A DNA stretch of 64,000 nt, from positions 66,779-130,778 of the forward strand of contig NZ_JBELMO010000003.1 in NCBI RefSeq assembly GCF_042095715.1, read 5' to 3'. The DNA is from Qipengyuania sp. (GTDB lineage: Bacteria > Pseudomonadota > Alphaproteobacteria > Sphingomonadales > Sphingomonadaceae). Each line of letters starts with the position of its first letter. Position 1 is the stretch's first letter. Made by a program: the position numbers and the translations under genes. Of the stretch, positions 1 to 8,854 are shown piece after piece. The notes under the pieces were generated by a model. That model was not told the origin of the DNA. It worked only from the letters and a program-made list of their open reading frames with translations, and searched no databases.

Positions 1-122
1 AACACATGCTGGCCTCCGCATCGCGCCTGGATGCCGCCGCCGGGCACGAGCCGGCCCCCGCCTATATCCCGCGCGAGCGCGAGGTGCGGATGGATGTGTC
101 CAGAGGGGAAGAAGCGGGCTGA
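1..122 (+). CDS. 3' end of an unidentified CDS entering from the window edge
   Basis: Open frame from base 3 (HMLASASRLDAAAGHEPAPAYIPREREVRMDVSRGEEAG) to TGA at 120-122 with GC-rich third positions; too short to identify. Confidence 0.35.
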   Translation, partial: HMLASASRLDAAAGHEPAPAYIPREREVRMDVSRGEEAG

Positions 123-337
123 GGCGAAATTTTCGATTTACCCTTGAAACTGATCGGAAGGCCGTGCATTTGTAAGAAGCGGGCCGGGCCCCTCTGGCGT
201 GCGCGACAATGGCGCACGTGATGTCGGACCGCATCGGACATTCCGATGCGCGCGAGTGGGCCTTTGCGATTTTCCTCCGGCCCGACACCAGACGCATCGA
301 ACGTCCGATCGACATAGCCTCGATCAAGGAGACTAAG

Positions 338-511
338 ATGACGGCCCTGAAGTTCAGACTTACCCAGATGCACCAGCGGATCGACGAGCACCTGCGCATG
401 GAACTGCGCAAGCGCCGGCCCGACTGGTTGGAGGTCCTGCGCCTCAAGAAAACCAAGCTGCGCGTGAAGGATGCGCTGCACCGCCTGTCGAGGACCGGCC
501 AGCCGGCCTGA
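338..511 (+). CDS. DUF465/YdcH-family small coiled-coil protein
   Basis: AAGGAG RBS before ATG 338; MTALKFRLTQMHQRIDEHLRMELRKRRPDWLEVLRLKKTKLRVKDAL matches the H..ID....E..R..PD...L.LKK.KL..KD pattern. Confidence 0.75.
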   Translation: MTALKFRLTQMHQRIDEHLRMELRKRRPDWLEVLRLKKTKLRVKDALHRLSRTGQPA

Positions 512-599
512 TCCCCGCGTGAAGCAGGCCGCGGCGGCACGCGTCCATCGCCGCCCGCCGCGGCCCTTCCCCTTGCACCGACGACCAACGGAGAATGCC

Positions 600-1778
600 A
601 TGGCCTTGGCGATCGCACCCATGCTGCGCGAATTCATGCAAAAGGAAAGCGCGGGCGGCATCGTGCTGATCGTGGCGGCGGCGCTCGCCCTCATCGTTGC
701 CAATTCCCCACTCGCTCCCGGCTATGGCGCTGCGCTCGACCTGCCCGTCATCGCCGGAATCGGCAATTTCATCATCGAGAAACCGCTGCTGCTGTGGATC
801 AACGACGGCCTGATGGCGGTATTTTTCTTCCTCGTCGGACTGGAGGTGAAGCGCGAAGTGCTCGCCGGCCAGCTCGCCAGCTGGGACGCCGCCTCGCTTC
901 CGCTGATCGCCGCCATCGGCGGCATGGCGATGCCCGCGGCGATCTATCTCGCCATCAATGCCGGCGAACCGGCGAACCAGCTCGGCTGGGCGATCCCGGC
1001 CGCCACCGACATCGCCTTCGCGCTGGGCGTGCTCGCGCTGCTCGGCCCGCGCGTACCCGTGGCGCTCAAGGCGCTGCTGCTGGCCATCGCAGTGATCGAC
1101 GATATCGGTGCCATCGCGGTGATCGCACTGTTCTATACCGGTTCCATCGACCTTGGGATGCTGGGCGCGAGCGTGGCGGTGCTGGCGCTGCTCGCGATCG
1201 TGGGCCGTCTCAAGGTCGCCTCCAGCATTCCCTACGTGGTGTTGTCGATCCTGCTGTGGGTCTTCATCCTCAAATCGGGCATCCATGCCACGCTGGCAGG
1301 GGTCGCGGCGGCACTTTGCGTTCCCATGGTGGCGCGCGGCGGTTCGCGTCCGCTGGAACACATGGAACATGCGCTGCACCCCTGGGTCGCGTTCATGGTG
1401 ATCCCGATCTTCGGCTTTGCCAATGCCGGGGTCCGCCTTGTCGGGCTGGATCCTGCTGCGCTGCTCGCGCCGCTCCCGCTGGGCATCGCGCTCGGCCTCC
1501 TGTTGGGCAAGCAGATCGGTATCTTCGGCTTCGCCTTTGCGGCGGTAAAGACGGGCCTCGCGCGCCTCCCTGAGGGGGTAACCTGGCGCCAGATCCATGC
1601 CCTGTCGCTGCTGGCGGCGATCGGCTTCACCATGAGCCTGTTCATCGGCAATCTCGCGTTCGTCGACCCGGAGCAAGTCGATGCGGTCAAGCTGGGCGTG
1701 TTGTCCGGTTCGCTGATCGCGGCACTAGCAGGCTTCGCCCTGCTTCGCAGCGTCCTGCCACGGAAGGCGGACGCATGA
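600..1778 (+). CDS. nhaA: Na+/H+ antiporter NhaA
   Basis: WINDGLMAVFFFLVGLEVKRE, PAATDIAFA, AVIDDIGAI and GFTMSLFI motifs; multi-TM; GGAG before ATG 600. Confidence 0.95.
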   Translation: MALAIAPMLREFMQKESAGGIVLIVAAALALIVANSPLAPGYGAALDLPVIAGIGNFIIEKPLLLWINDGLMAVFFFLVGLEVKREVLAGQLASWDAASLPLIAAIGGMAMPAAIYLAINAGEPANQLGWAIPAATDIAFALGVLALLGPRVPVALKALLLAIAVIDDIGAIAVIALFYTGSIDLGMLGASVAVLALLAIVGRLKVASSIPYVVLSILLWVFILKSGIHATLAGVAAALCVPMVARGGSRPLEHMEHALHPWVAFMVIPIFGFANAGVRLVGLDPAALLAPLPLGIALGLLLGKQIGIFGFAFAAVKTGLARLPEGVTWRQIHALSLLAAIGFTMSLFIGNLAFVDPEQVDAVKLGVLSGSLIAALAGFALLRSVLPRKADA

Positions 1779-2758
1779 TCGAGACCATCGCCTTGCTGAT
1801 GGGCGGGCTCGCAGCCCTGCTGATCGGTGGCGAACTCCTGGTGCGCGGCGCGGTGGGCCTGGCCGAAAGAGCCGGGGTGACACCGCTGATCGTGGGTCTG
1901 GTCATCGTCGGCTTCGGCACCTCGGCGCCCGAACTGGTCGCCAGCGTCGAAGCCGCACTGGCAGGATCGCCGGCAATCGCATGGGGCAATATCGTCGGCT
2001 CGAATATAGCCAACTCGCTGCTGATCCTCGGGGCGGCGGCGCTGCTGGCGCCCATCGCGGTGCGCGCCGGATCGGCCCTGCGCGACAGCGGGGTCGCGCT
2101 CGCCGCCTCGGCGATGCTGATCGTCCTGGCAGTGACCGGTCTGACTGGCATCTGGATCGGCGTGGCGATGGTGGCCGCGCTCGTGCTCTATATCGCCTAT
2201 TGCTATCGCCAGGAACGCGTCGACACGTCTCAGGCGGCGCACAGTGCCCCGCACGATCGCTCCTCGGCTCGCGAACTCGCCGATCCAGCCCTTCACCCCG
2301 ACAGAAATGGCTGGGGGAAACCCATAGTGCTGACGCTGATCGGGCTTGCCCTATTGGTTGTCGGGGGACGCCTGCTGGTGACGGGGGCGATCGATCTGGC
2401 GCGCGTGGCGGGTCTCAGCGAAACGCTGATCGGCCTGACCATCGTGGCCATCGGCACGTCGCTGCCGGAACTGGTGACGTCACTGGTCGCGGCTCGCAAG
2501 GGCCAATCGGAGGTCGCCTTCGGCAATGTCGTGGGCTCCAACATCTACAATATCCTGGGCATCGGCGGCGTCACCATGATCGTGGCCCCCGGCGCGATAC
2601 CCGAAAGCCTGTGGCCGCTGGACCTGGGGATCATGGCCGCGTCCGCTGCGCTCATCGTCGGGCTGATCGCGATGGGCCGGGGGATCGGACGCGCAATCGG
2701 GGGAACGCTGGTGCTCGCTTACGCGGCGTTCCTCGTACTCGCGACAATCATGCAATAA
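1775..2758 (+). CDS. Calcium/sodium (cation:Ca2+) antiporter, YrbG family
   Basis: Two alpha-repeats, GFGTSAPEL..GNIVGSNIAN and IGTSLPEL..GNVVGSNIYN; ATGA overlap with the nhaA stop. Confidence 0.92.
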   Translation: MIETIALLMGGLAALLIGGELLVRGAVGLAERAGVTPLIVGLVIVGFGTSAPELVASVEAALAGSPAIAWGNIVGSNIANSLLILGAAALLAPIAVRAGSALRDSGVALAASAMLIVLAVTGLTGIWIGVAMVAALVLYIAYCYRQERVDTSQAAHSAPHDRSSARELADPALHPDRNGWGKPIVLTLIGLALLVVGGRLLVTGAIDLARVAGLSETLIGLTIVAIGTSLPELVTSLVAARKGQSEVAFGNVVGSNIYNILGIGGVTMIVAPGAIPESLWPLDLGIMAASAALIVGLIAMGRGIGRAIGGTLVLAYAAFLVLATIMQ

Positions 2759-2786
2759 TTGACCAAGACTAGAAGGGAGTACCGGA

Positions 2787-3530
2787 ATGACAACGATATC
2801 TCGACGCAACGTGATAGGAAGCGCTGGCGCACTGGGTGCTGCCGCATTGGTCGGCGGCGGCGCGGCCGGATCGGCGACCGCCCAAACGGCGGTGAGGGGC
2901 ATCGCCCCGGCTGGCAAGGATCTTACCCCGGATCAGGCACTCGACCTGCTTCGCGAAGGAAACGCCGCTTTCTTGCAGGGTTCGCAGACCAATGTGCTGA
3001 CCGACGCGCAGCGGCGGCTGACCTTGGCCGGGGGGCAGGAGCCTTTCGCCGCTTACGTGACCTGTTCCGACAGTCGTGTTCCGCCAGAACTGCTCTTCGG
3101 GCGCGGGCTGGGAGAACTGTTCATCATACGCAATGCAGGCAACACCGTGGACACGGTCGCGCTGGGTTCGATCGAATATGCCGTCGCGGTGCTCAAGGTG
3201 CCGCTGGTGGTGGTGATGGGCCACGAAAGCTGCGGCGCGGTGAAGGCCGCGACCGAGGTAGTCAGCGAAAACGCCACTTTTCCCGGATCGATCGGGCGCA
3301 TGGTGGAGCCCATCATTCCGGCAGTGCTGCAGGCGCGTGGTCAGGAAGGCGACAAGCTGGAAAATGCGGTGCGCCAGAACGTGCGGCGTGTCGTCGGACA
3401 ATTGCGCAACCAGACCGATCCTCTCATGCTCGAACCGCAACAATCGGGTCGGCTGAAGGTCGTGGGCGCCTATTATTCGCTTGGTAGCGGCAAGGTGGAT
3501 TTCTTCGATCTGCCCGAAAATGCGGGCTGA
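2787..3530 (+). CDS. Beta-class carbonic anhydrase with Tat signal peptide
   Basis: Zn ligands in CSDSRVPPE and GHESCGAV; N-terminal SRRNVIG twin-arginine motif followed by a hydrophobic stretch. Confidence 0.92.
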   Translation: MTTISRRNVIGSAGALGAAALVGGGAAGSATAQTAVRGIAPAGKDLTPDQALDLLREGNAAFLQGSQTNVLTDAQRRLTLAGGQEPFAAYVTCSDSRVPPELLFGRGLGELFIIRNAGNTVDTVALGSIEYAVAVLKVPLVVVMGHESCGAVKAATEVVSENATFPGSIGRMVEPIIPAVLQARGQEGDKLENAVRQNVRRVVGQLRNQTDPLMLEPQQSGRLKVVGAYYSLGSGKVDFFDLPENAG

Positions 3531-3745
3531 GCTCGCCCGCCCGTTCCCATTATCTGATCGAAAGGATGTTTCCAGGTTTCTCCGGCCGGCATCTTCCGGT
3601 CCGGTCGGGCGCGCTTCGCGTGTCGAGCCGTTATGATGAAATGCGTCCGGGCCCTGTGCTCAACAGCCAGGAACCGGACGCTAATCATTGGGAAGGCTAA
3701 TGCACATCCCGTTGGTGATTCACGAAGAACCGTCCTCGAATGCGA

Positions 3746-3913
3746 CTAGGGGACTTTCGCCCCGCGGCCGAAGAGGAACCCTACCACGAGGATGACGGCC
3801 GCGATGATCAGGAAGATCTTCGCAAGATCTGCGGAAAGACCCGCAACCCCGCCAAAACCAAGTAGCGCGGCGATCAGCGCGATAACGGCCAGAATGATTG
3901 CCCAGCGGAACAT
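3746..3913 (-). CDS. DUF1328 (UPF0391/YtjA-like) 55-aa membrane protein, missing from the ORF track
   Basis: Manual translation [55 protein letters not shown]; AGGAG RBS upstream. Confidence 0.88.
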   Translation of the reverse strand: MFRWAIILAVIALIAALLGFGGVAGLSADLAKIFLIIAAVILVVGFLFGRGAKVP

Positions 3914-3958
3914 AAGACCACTCCTTTAAAAGGTACTTGGTTTCAAGCACTCGCACTG

Positions 3959-3983
3959 AACCGGTCCAACGTAGAATGGTTCC
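3959..3983 (-). promoter_or_regulatory. Putative EcfG/sigmaT general-stress-response promoter of the DUF1328 gene
   Basis: Minus strand reads GGAAC-N17-GTT, 45 nt upstream of the ATG; matches the alphaproteobacterial GSR sigma consensus. Confidence 0.55.
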
Positions 3984-4054
3984 GCCTGACTTTCGGATTG
4001 TCGCGATTAGGGACGGTTTGACGACCGTCGGGGGGATCGAAGGACCGACGCACT

Positions 4055-4384
4055 TCAGCCGCGACGCATGTCGTGGGCCTCATGGGGAATTGTCACTGTC
4101 AGCCCGTCAAGATCCTCGGTCAGCACGATCTGGCAGGAAAGGCGACTGGTGCGGCACGCACCGGCGGCAAGATCGAGCATGTCCTCTTCCTCCTCGCTCG
4201 CCTCGGCGAGCTTTTCGAACCACTCCTTCGCCACGATGACATGACAAGTGGAACAGGCCATCTGCCCTTCGCATGTCCCCTCCAGCGGCATGCCGGCGGC
4301 CTGGGCAACGCCGAGCAGAATGTCGCCCGCCGCCGCTTCCGCTTCTACCGTTTCGCCGTGGGGGGTGGTGAAGTTGACTTTCAT
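4055..4384 (-). CDS. fdx: 2Fe-2S ferredoxin (adrenodoxin/Fdx type)
   Basis: CEGQMACSTCH and RLSCQ cysteine pattern; start MKVNF overlaps the upstream stop. Confidence 0.92.
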   Translation of the reverse strand: MKVNFTTPHGETVEAEAAAGDILLGVAQAAGMPLEGTCEGQMACSTCHVIVAKEWFEKLAEASEEEEDMLDLAAGACRTSRLSCQIVLTEDLDGLTVTIPHEAHDMRRG

Positions 4385-5457
4385 AGCGCCTGCGCCTGCG
4401 CGGCGGCGTTGATCGTCTCCGCCGCCTCGTCGATGTCTTCCAGGCTCGTGTAGCGGCCAAAGCCGAGCCGGATCGAACTCTTTGCCTCCGCGTCGGACAA
4501 TCCGATGGCCTTGAGCACGTGGCTGGGCCGACCCGACCCGCTGGCGCAGGCCGATCCGGCGCTGAACATGATATTGCGGCAATCGCTCATCAGCCGGGCG
4601 ACATCCAGGCCTTCGCGGCGGAGGTTGAGGTTGCCATGCCAGCGCGCCTCCTCGCTCCCGTTCACTTGCCAGTCCTTGAACCGATCACGGGCGCGTTCCC
4701 ATAACCGTTCGATGTGTTCGCGGTCATGATCAAGCGATTGATCGGCAAGTTTCGCGGCCGCTCCCATGCCGGCGATCAGCGCCGGGCTGAGGGTGCCCGA
4801 GCGCACCCCTGCCTCCTGCCCGCCGCCGGTCTGGACCTCCTGCAACTCAAGGCCTTGCCTCACCCACAGCGCACCCACGCCCTTGGGTCCGTGGAACTTA
4901 TGCGCGCTGATGGCGATCATGTCCGCGCCGGTGACCTCGATCTTGCCATAGGCCTGGACCGCGTCGCACAAATAGAGCGCGTTGTTTTCCTTGGCCTTTC
5001 TATGCCAGTCGAGCGTGGGCTGAATGGTCCCGATCTCGTTGTTGACCTGCATCACGCACACCAGCCTGGTATCTGCCGGCAGATCCTGATTGACGTTGCA
5101 CTGTCCGTCCCTGGCGACGTTGAGGTAATGGGTTTTGCCCATGTCTCCAGCCGTATCCAGCACCGCGGCGTGTTCGATCGCGGACACGCTTACCGTCCCG
5201 CCGTGCCCGCTGCCACGGATTGCCAGATTGATGGCCTCCGTCGCCCCGGAAGTGAAGATCACCGTTCCCCCCGCCGGCAACAGCGCCGCGACCTGTTCGC
5301 GCGCCAGTTCCACCGCCGCCTTTGCCGTGCGGCCCATGCGGTGGGGGGAATGGGGGTTGCCGAACCCCGTGCCGCCCGGCCCGTCGAGCCATGCCATCAT
5401 CGCGTCGCGCGCTTCCGGAGCAAGCGGGGTGGTGGCCTGATAATCCAGATAAATCAT
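4381..5457 (-). CDS. iscS: Cysteine desulfurase (IscS/NifS family)
   Basis: IYLDYQATTP, SAHKFHGPKG (PLP lysine), RSGT and SAGSACAS (catalytic Cys). Confidence 0.9.
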   Translation of the reverse strand: MIYLDYQATTPLAPEARDAMMAWLDGPGGTGFGNPHSPHRMGRTAKAAVELAREQVAALLPAGGTVIFTSGATEAINLAIRGSGHGGTVSVSAIEHAAVLDTAGDMGKTHYLNVARDGQCNVNQDLPADTRLVCVMQVNNEIGTIQPTLDWHRKAKENNALYLCDAVQAYGKIEVTGADMIAISAHKFHGPKGVGALWVRQGLELQEVQTGGGQEAGVRSGTLSPALIAGMGAAAKLADQSLDHDREHIERLWERARDRFKDWQVNGSEEARWHGNLNLRREGLDVARLMSDCRNIMFSAGSACASGSGRPSHVLKAIGLSDAEAKSSIRLGFGRYTSLEDIDEAAETINAAAQAQAL

Positions 5458-6506
5458 GAGGAAAGTCCAGACCAAGCTTCGATGAAACGATCAAGCTCTT
5501 CCTTGGTCGTCGTCCAGCCCAGACTTACCCGGATGGTCCGCGAGGCCGTCGCGTCATCGATCCCGAACCCCTCCAGAACACGGCTCTTCCTGAGCGTGCC
5601 GGAGGAACATGCGCTGCCGGCCGACACTGCAAAGCCCATGGCATCGAGCCTGATGAGCTGGGCCTGCGCGCTCATCGTCCGATGCGCGACAGCAAATATG
5701 TGCGAACAATGATAGCCGGGTTGGATTACCTCGCCGAATTCCATCAGGCCTTGCTTGAAGTCCAATCGCTCCTCAGCGGTCGTCGGCCATCCGTCCATGT
5801 CCGCCACCTCCAGCGCCGCCGCCATTCCCAGCGCGCCGGGAAGGTTCTCGGTCCCCTGACGATAGCCCCGCTCGTGCCCACCCACCGGCTCCAGCAGGGC
5901 GAAATCGCGCACCAGCAACGCCCCGATCCCGATGGGTCCGCCGAATTTATGCGCGGAGATCACGACCATATCGCCCACCGGAAGTGCGAATTTTCCGGCG
6001 CTCTGCGAACAATCTCGCAGCAAGAGGGAACCATGAGCGCGTATCGTGTCCAAACCGGGCAGCGCCGTTTCCGGCCACAGAATGGTGCCGGTTTCGGAAT
6101 TGACACTCTGAACCGCGATCACCGCCGGTGGACCGCGCTCGAGCTCGCGGTGCAGAACATCGCCCGCAATATCGCCATCCAAAAGGGAAATCGTGTCGGC
6201 ATCGGGCGTAGCGCGGAACACGGCTTCGTGTTCGACTGCGGAAACGAGACGCCGCTTCGTCTTCGCGCGGTGAAGTCCAAGGGCCAGCGCCTCGCTCGCT
6301 CCGGACGTGAAAATCAGTTCTCCTTCCCAATTTAGCGCAACCTTGATCCGCGCGCGCGCGTCTTCCAGCAACGCGCGCGCCTTGCGGCCTTCAGCATGCG
6401 GGCTGCTGGGATTTGCCCAGTGCCGCATGCCTTCCGCCATGGCCTCCCTGGCCTGCGGGCGCAGGGGTGTCGTCGCGGCATGATCCAGGTAGATGCGTTC
6501 AGAGAT
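5454..6506 (-). CDS. Second cysteine desulfurase (NifS/IscS family); start codon uncertain
   Basis: IYLDHAATTP, SAHKFGGPIG, RQGT and SAGSACSSG; no ATG/GTG/TTG near the conserved N-terminus (ATC at 6506, next ATG at 6599). Confidence 0.85.
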   Translation of the reverse strand: MSERIYLDHAATTPLRPQAREAMAEGMRHWANPSSPHAEGRKARALLEDARARIKVALNWEGELIFTSGASEALALGLHRAKTKRRLVSAVEHEAVFRATPDADTISLLDGDIAGDVLHRELERGPPAVIAVQSVNSETGTILWPETALPGLDTIRAHGSLLLRDCSQSAGKFALPVGDMVVISAHKFGGPIGIGALLVRDFALLEPVGGHERGYRQGTENLPGALGMAAALEVADMDGWPTTAEERLDFKQGLMEFGEVIQPGYHCSHIFAVAHRTMSAQAQLIRLDAMGFAVSAGSACSSGTLRKSRVLEGFGIDDATASRTIRVSLGWTTTKEELDRFIEAWSGLSS

Positions 6507-6616
6507 GGGACGAAGGCTCGAAAATATTGCGAATTGGCGGTTTGCCCCTATATAGCCCCCACCTCGGACGCGCCAGCCACGGCCAGCGTACCGCCACATC
6601 TTCTGACAGGTTTGCG

Positions 6617-7273
6617 ATGCCCTCAGTCATCTTTCCCGGCCCCGAAGGCCGTCTCGAAGGTCGTTTTGCCCCCGCCCGGCGTCCGCGGGCGCCGGTTGCG
6701 ATGATCCTGCACCCGCACCCGCACGGTGGCGGGACCATGAACGAGCAGATCACCCAGCGGCTCTACAAGACGTTCGTCGATCGCGGCTTTGCAACCCTGC
6801 GCTTCAATTTTCGCGGCGTCGGCAAGAGCCAGGGCAGCTTCGACAACGGCGTGGGCGAATTGTCTGACGCGGCGAGCGCGCTCGACTGGGTCCAGCAGAT
6901 CCATCCCGAAGCGCAGACCACGTGGGTGGCCGGCGTCAGTTTCGGTGCCCTGATCGGCATGCAGCTTCTGATGCGGCGTCCGGAAATTCGCGGGTTCATT
7001 TCGATTTCGGCGCCCGCCAACATGTACGATTTCAGCTTCCTGGCGCCCTGCCCCGCCAGCGGGATCTTCATTCAGGGGGCGCAGGATACCGTGGTGCAGC
7101 CCAATTCCGTGCAAAAGCTGGTCGACAAGCTGCGCACGCAGAAGCACATCACGATTCATCACGAAGAAATTCCCCGTGCCAATCATTTCTTCGAGAACGA
7201 GCAGGAAGATCTGATGGCCTCGGTCGACAATTACCTCAATTTCCGGCTCGACCCGGCCTGCCCGATCCGCTGA
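6617..7273 (+). CDS. Alpha/beta hydrolase (Fe-S locus-associated)
   Basis: MPSVIFPGPEGRLEG, HPHPHGGGTMN, GVSFG nucleophile elbow and ANHFF; divergent from the desulfurases. Confidence 0.88.
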   Translation: MPSVIFPGPEGRLEGRFAPARRPRAPVAMILHPHPHGGGTMNEQITQRLYKTFVDRGFATLRFNFRGVGKSQGSFDNGVGELSDAASALDWVQQIHPEAQTTWVAGVSFGALIGMQLLMRRPEIRGFISISAPANMYDFSFLAPCPASGIFIQGAQDTVVQPNSVQKLVDKLRTQKHITIHHEEIPRANHFFENEQEDLMASVDNYLNFRLDPACPIR

Positions 7274-7378
7274 CCGACTGAAATCGCGTTGCTTTCAGCA
7301 ACGCGAAAACGCTTGCCAAGTCAGATATGTTGTAACATCCTCTTCGAGATGGCCGATAGAAGCGGTCACGAGGAGAGG

Positions 7379-8068
7379 ATGACCATGGCATTTCTTGACA
7401 GCAGAAACCGCCCCAGCGCCGCCAGCATGGCAGGGGTCGTCGCCATTCACGGCGCGGTTGGCGCAGCACTGATCCTGGGACTGACCATCAGCGGGACGAT
7501 CATCGCCAAGGATCCGCCGCCCAGCACCTTCGATCTGCCCAAAACGCCCCCGCCCCCGGAGCCGCAACCGGTCGAGCCCCAGACAGAGGCCCCCGTCCAG
7601 CGTGACATCCAGGTGCCCCAGCCACCGATCGAGTTCAACCTGGATACGTCTCGGGTAAAGACCACCGAAGATATCCGCCCACTTCAACCCACCATTCCCA
7701 TACCGAACACGGGCGACATCAAAATCGAGATTCCGGCGCCAACGCCAACGCCAACGCCAACATCCTCATTCGCCCCCACGCTCGCCAAGCCGCGCAACGA
7801 TCCCGGACGCTGGGTCTCTACGGAAGATTATCGCGGAAACTGGATCCGCCGCGAACTGACCGGGCGCGTCGGCTTTCGCCTCGAAATCGCTGCCGACGGA
7901 AGGGTGGCGAACTGCAGCATCACCTCCTCCAGCGGTCATGCCGAGCTGGACGAGGCGACCTGCGCGCTCGTGTCTCGGCGCGCGAAGTTTCAGCCCGCGC
8001 GAAACGGATCGGGTGACGCCGTTGGCGGGTCCTATTCCAATGCCGTCGAGTGGCGACTGCCCCAATAG
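7379..8068 (+). CDS. tonB: Energy transducer TonB
   Basis: N-terminal TM helix with His, Pro-rich linker, C-terminal YRGNW..GRVGFRLEIAADGRV..SSGHAELDEA domain. Confidence 0.85.
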   Translation: MTMAFLDSRNRPSAASMAGVVAIHGAVGAALILGLTISGTIIAKDPPPSTFDLPKTPPPPEPQPVEPQTEAPVQRDIQVPQPPIEFNLDTSRVKTTEDIRPLQPTIPIPNTGDIKIEIPAPTPTPTPTSSFAPTLAKPRNDPGRWVSTEDYRGNWIRRELTGRVGFRLEIAADGRVANCSITSSSGHAELDEATCALVSRRAKFQPARNGSGDAVGGSYSNAVEWRLPQ

Positions 8069-8086
8069 CGGGGGCCGACCAAGGGA

Positions 8087-8296
8087 TCAGGGCGTCGCGT
8101 TCGGCGGTGGCGCTTCGGCCGGGGCCTGCGGTGCCGGCAGGCTCCAGATCGCGACATTGAGCAGGACGACGAGAGCCGCAACGGCCATCAGAATGGCCCT
8201 GCGGCGCTCGTTCGGTTTGCGCCAGAGATATGCTGCCCCGCCGAAAAGGGCGAGCGCCGCCAATACGGCGAGCGAGAGTATCCAGTCGGAATTCAT
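8087..8296 (-). CDS. Small two-TM hypothetical protein
   Basis: MNSDWILSLAVLAALALFGGAAYLWRKPNERRRAILMAVAALVVLLNVAIWSLP; fills the gap between convergent genes. Confidence 0.65.
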   Translation of the reverse strand: MNSDWILSLAVLAALALFGGAAYLWRKPNERRRAILMAVAALVVLLNVAIWSLPAPQAPAEAPPPNATP

Positions 8297-8413
8297 GGCC
8301 GCGCCATAGCCGAGCACGCATACTTAACAAAGCGACTGTGGAACCGGGAGACACCGCCGCAGGTTTCTGAGCACGGGCGGCAAATTCGATGCGGCGCGCC
8401 AGGAGACCAGACA

Positions 8414-8809
8414 ATGAGTATTTTCGGCAAGATCAAGGACGCGATCTTCGGACATGACGAGAAGCCCACAGCCCCCGCGCCGCGAAGACCTACGCCTCCT
8501 GCCCCAGGAACCGTCCGCACCGATTCGACCGTAGCCACGCGGGAGAAACCGCATGCAAAGCCGGTCATCAATATCGAGAACAGTCTGGATTCCATGCCCG
8601 GCGCCGACCGACTCAACTGGCGCACCTCCATCGTCGACCTGATGAAGTTGATCGGTGTCGATTCGGACTATGACAGCCGCAAGGCTCTGGCGCACGAATT
8701 GGGCCGCGCGGATTACTCGGGAAGCCCGGAAGACAATATCTGGCTGCATCAACGGGTGATGCAGGAACTGGCCAACAATGGCGGCGAGGTTCCAGAGAAG
8801 CTGCGCTAA
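8414..8809 (+). CDS. DUF3597 domain protein
   Basis: MSIFGKIKDAIFG and LNWRTSIVDLMKLIGVDS..RKALAHELG..NIWLH..VMQELA; AGGAG RBS. Confidence 0.85.
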   Translation: MSIFGKIKDAIFGHDEKPTAPAPRRPTPPAPGTVRTDSTVATREKPHAKPVINIENSLDSMPGADRLNWRTSIVDLMKLIGVDSDYDSRKALAHELGRADYSGSPEDNIWLHQRVMQELANNGGEVPEKLR

Positions 8810-8854
8810 CCCACCCTCCCCCGGGGCTTTCGGCCCCGCCCAGAAAGAGGGCCC

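Noticed and set aside
209-337. 5' extension of the DUF465 ORF to ATG 209
   Set aside because: The strong AAGGAG RBS precedes ATG 338 and the family domain starts there.
6527-6553. RpoH-like promoter (ttgcga...cccctatat) before the alpha/beta hydrolase
   Set aside because: The -10 is good but the -35 and spacing are only approximate.
7738-7761. (GCCAAC)4 microsatellite in tonB
   Set aside because: An in-frame Pro-Thr linker repeat; a length change would not shift the frame, and this is ordinary for TonB.
8340-8365. GGAAC...GTT upstream of DUF3597 as an EcfG promoter
   Set aside because: The spacer is 18 nt rather than the 17 seen at DUF1328; plausible but not supportable.
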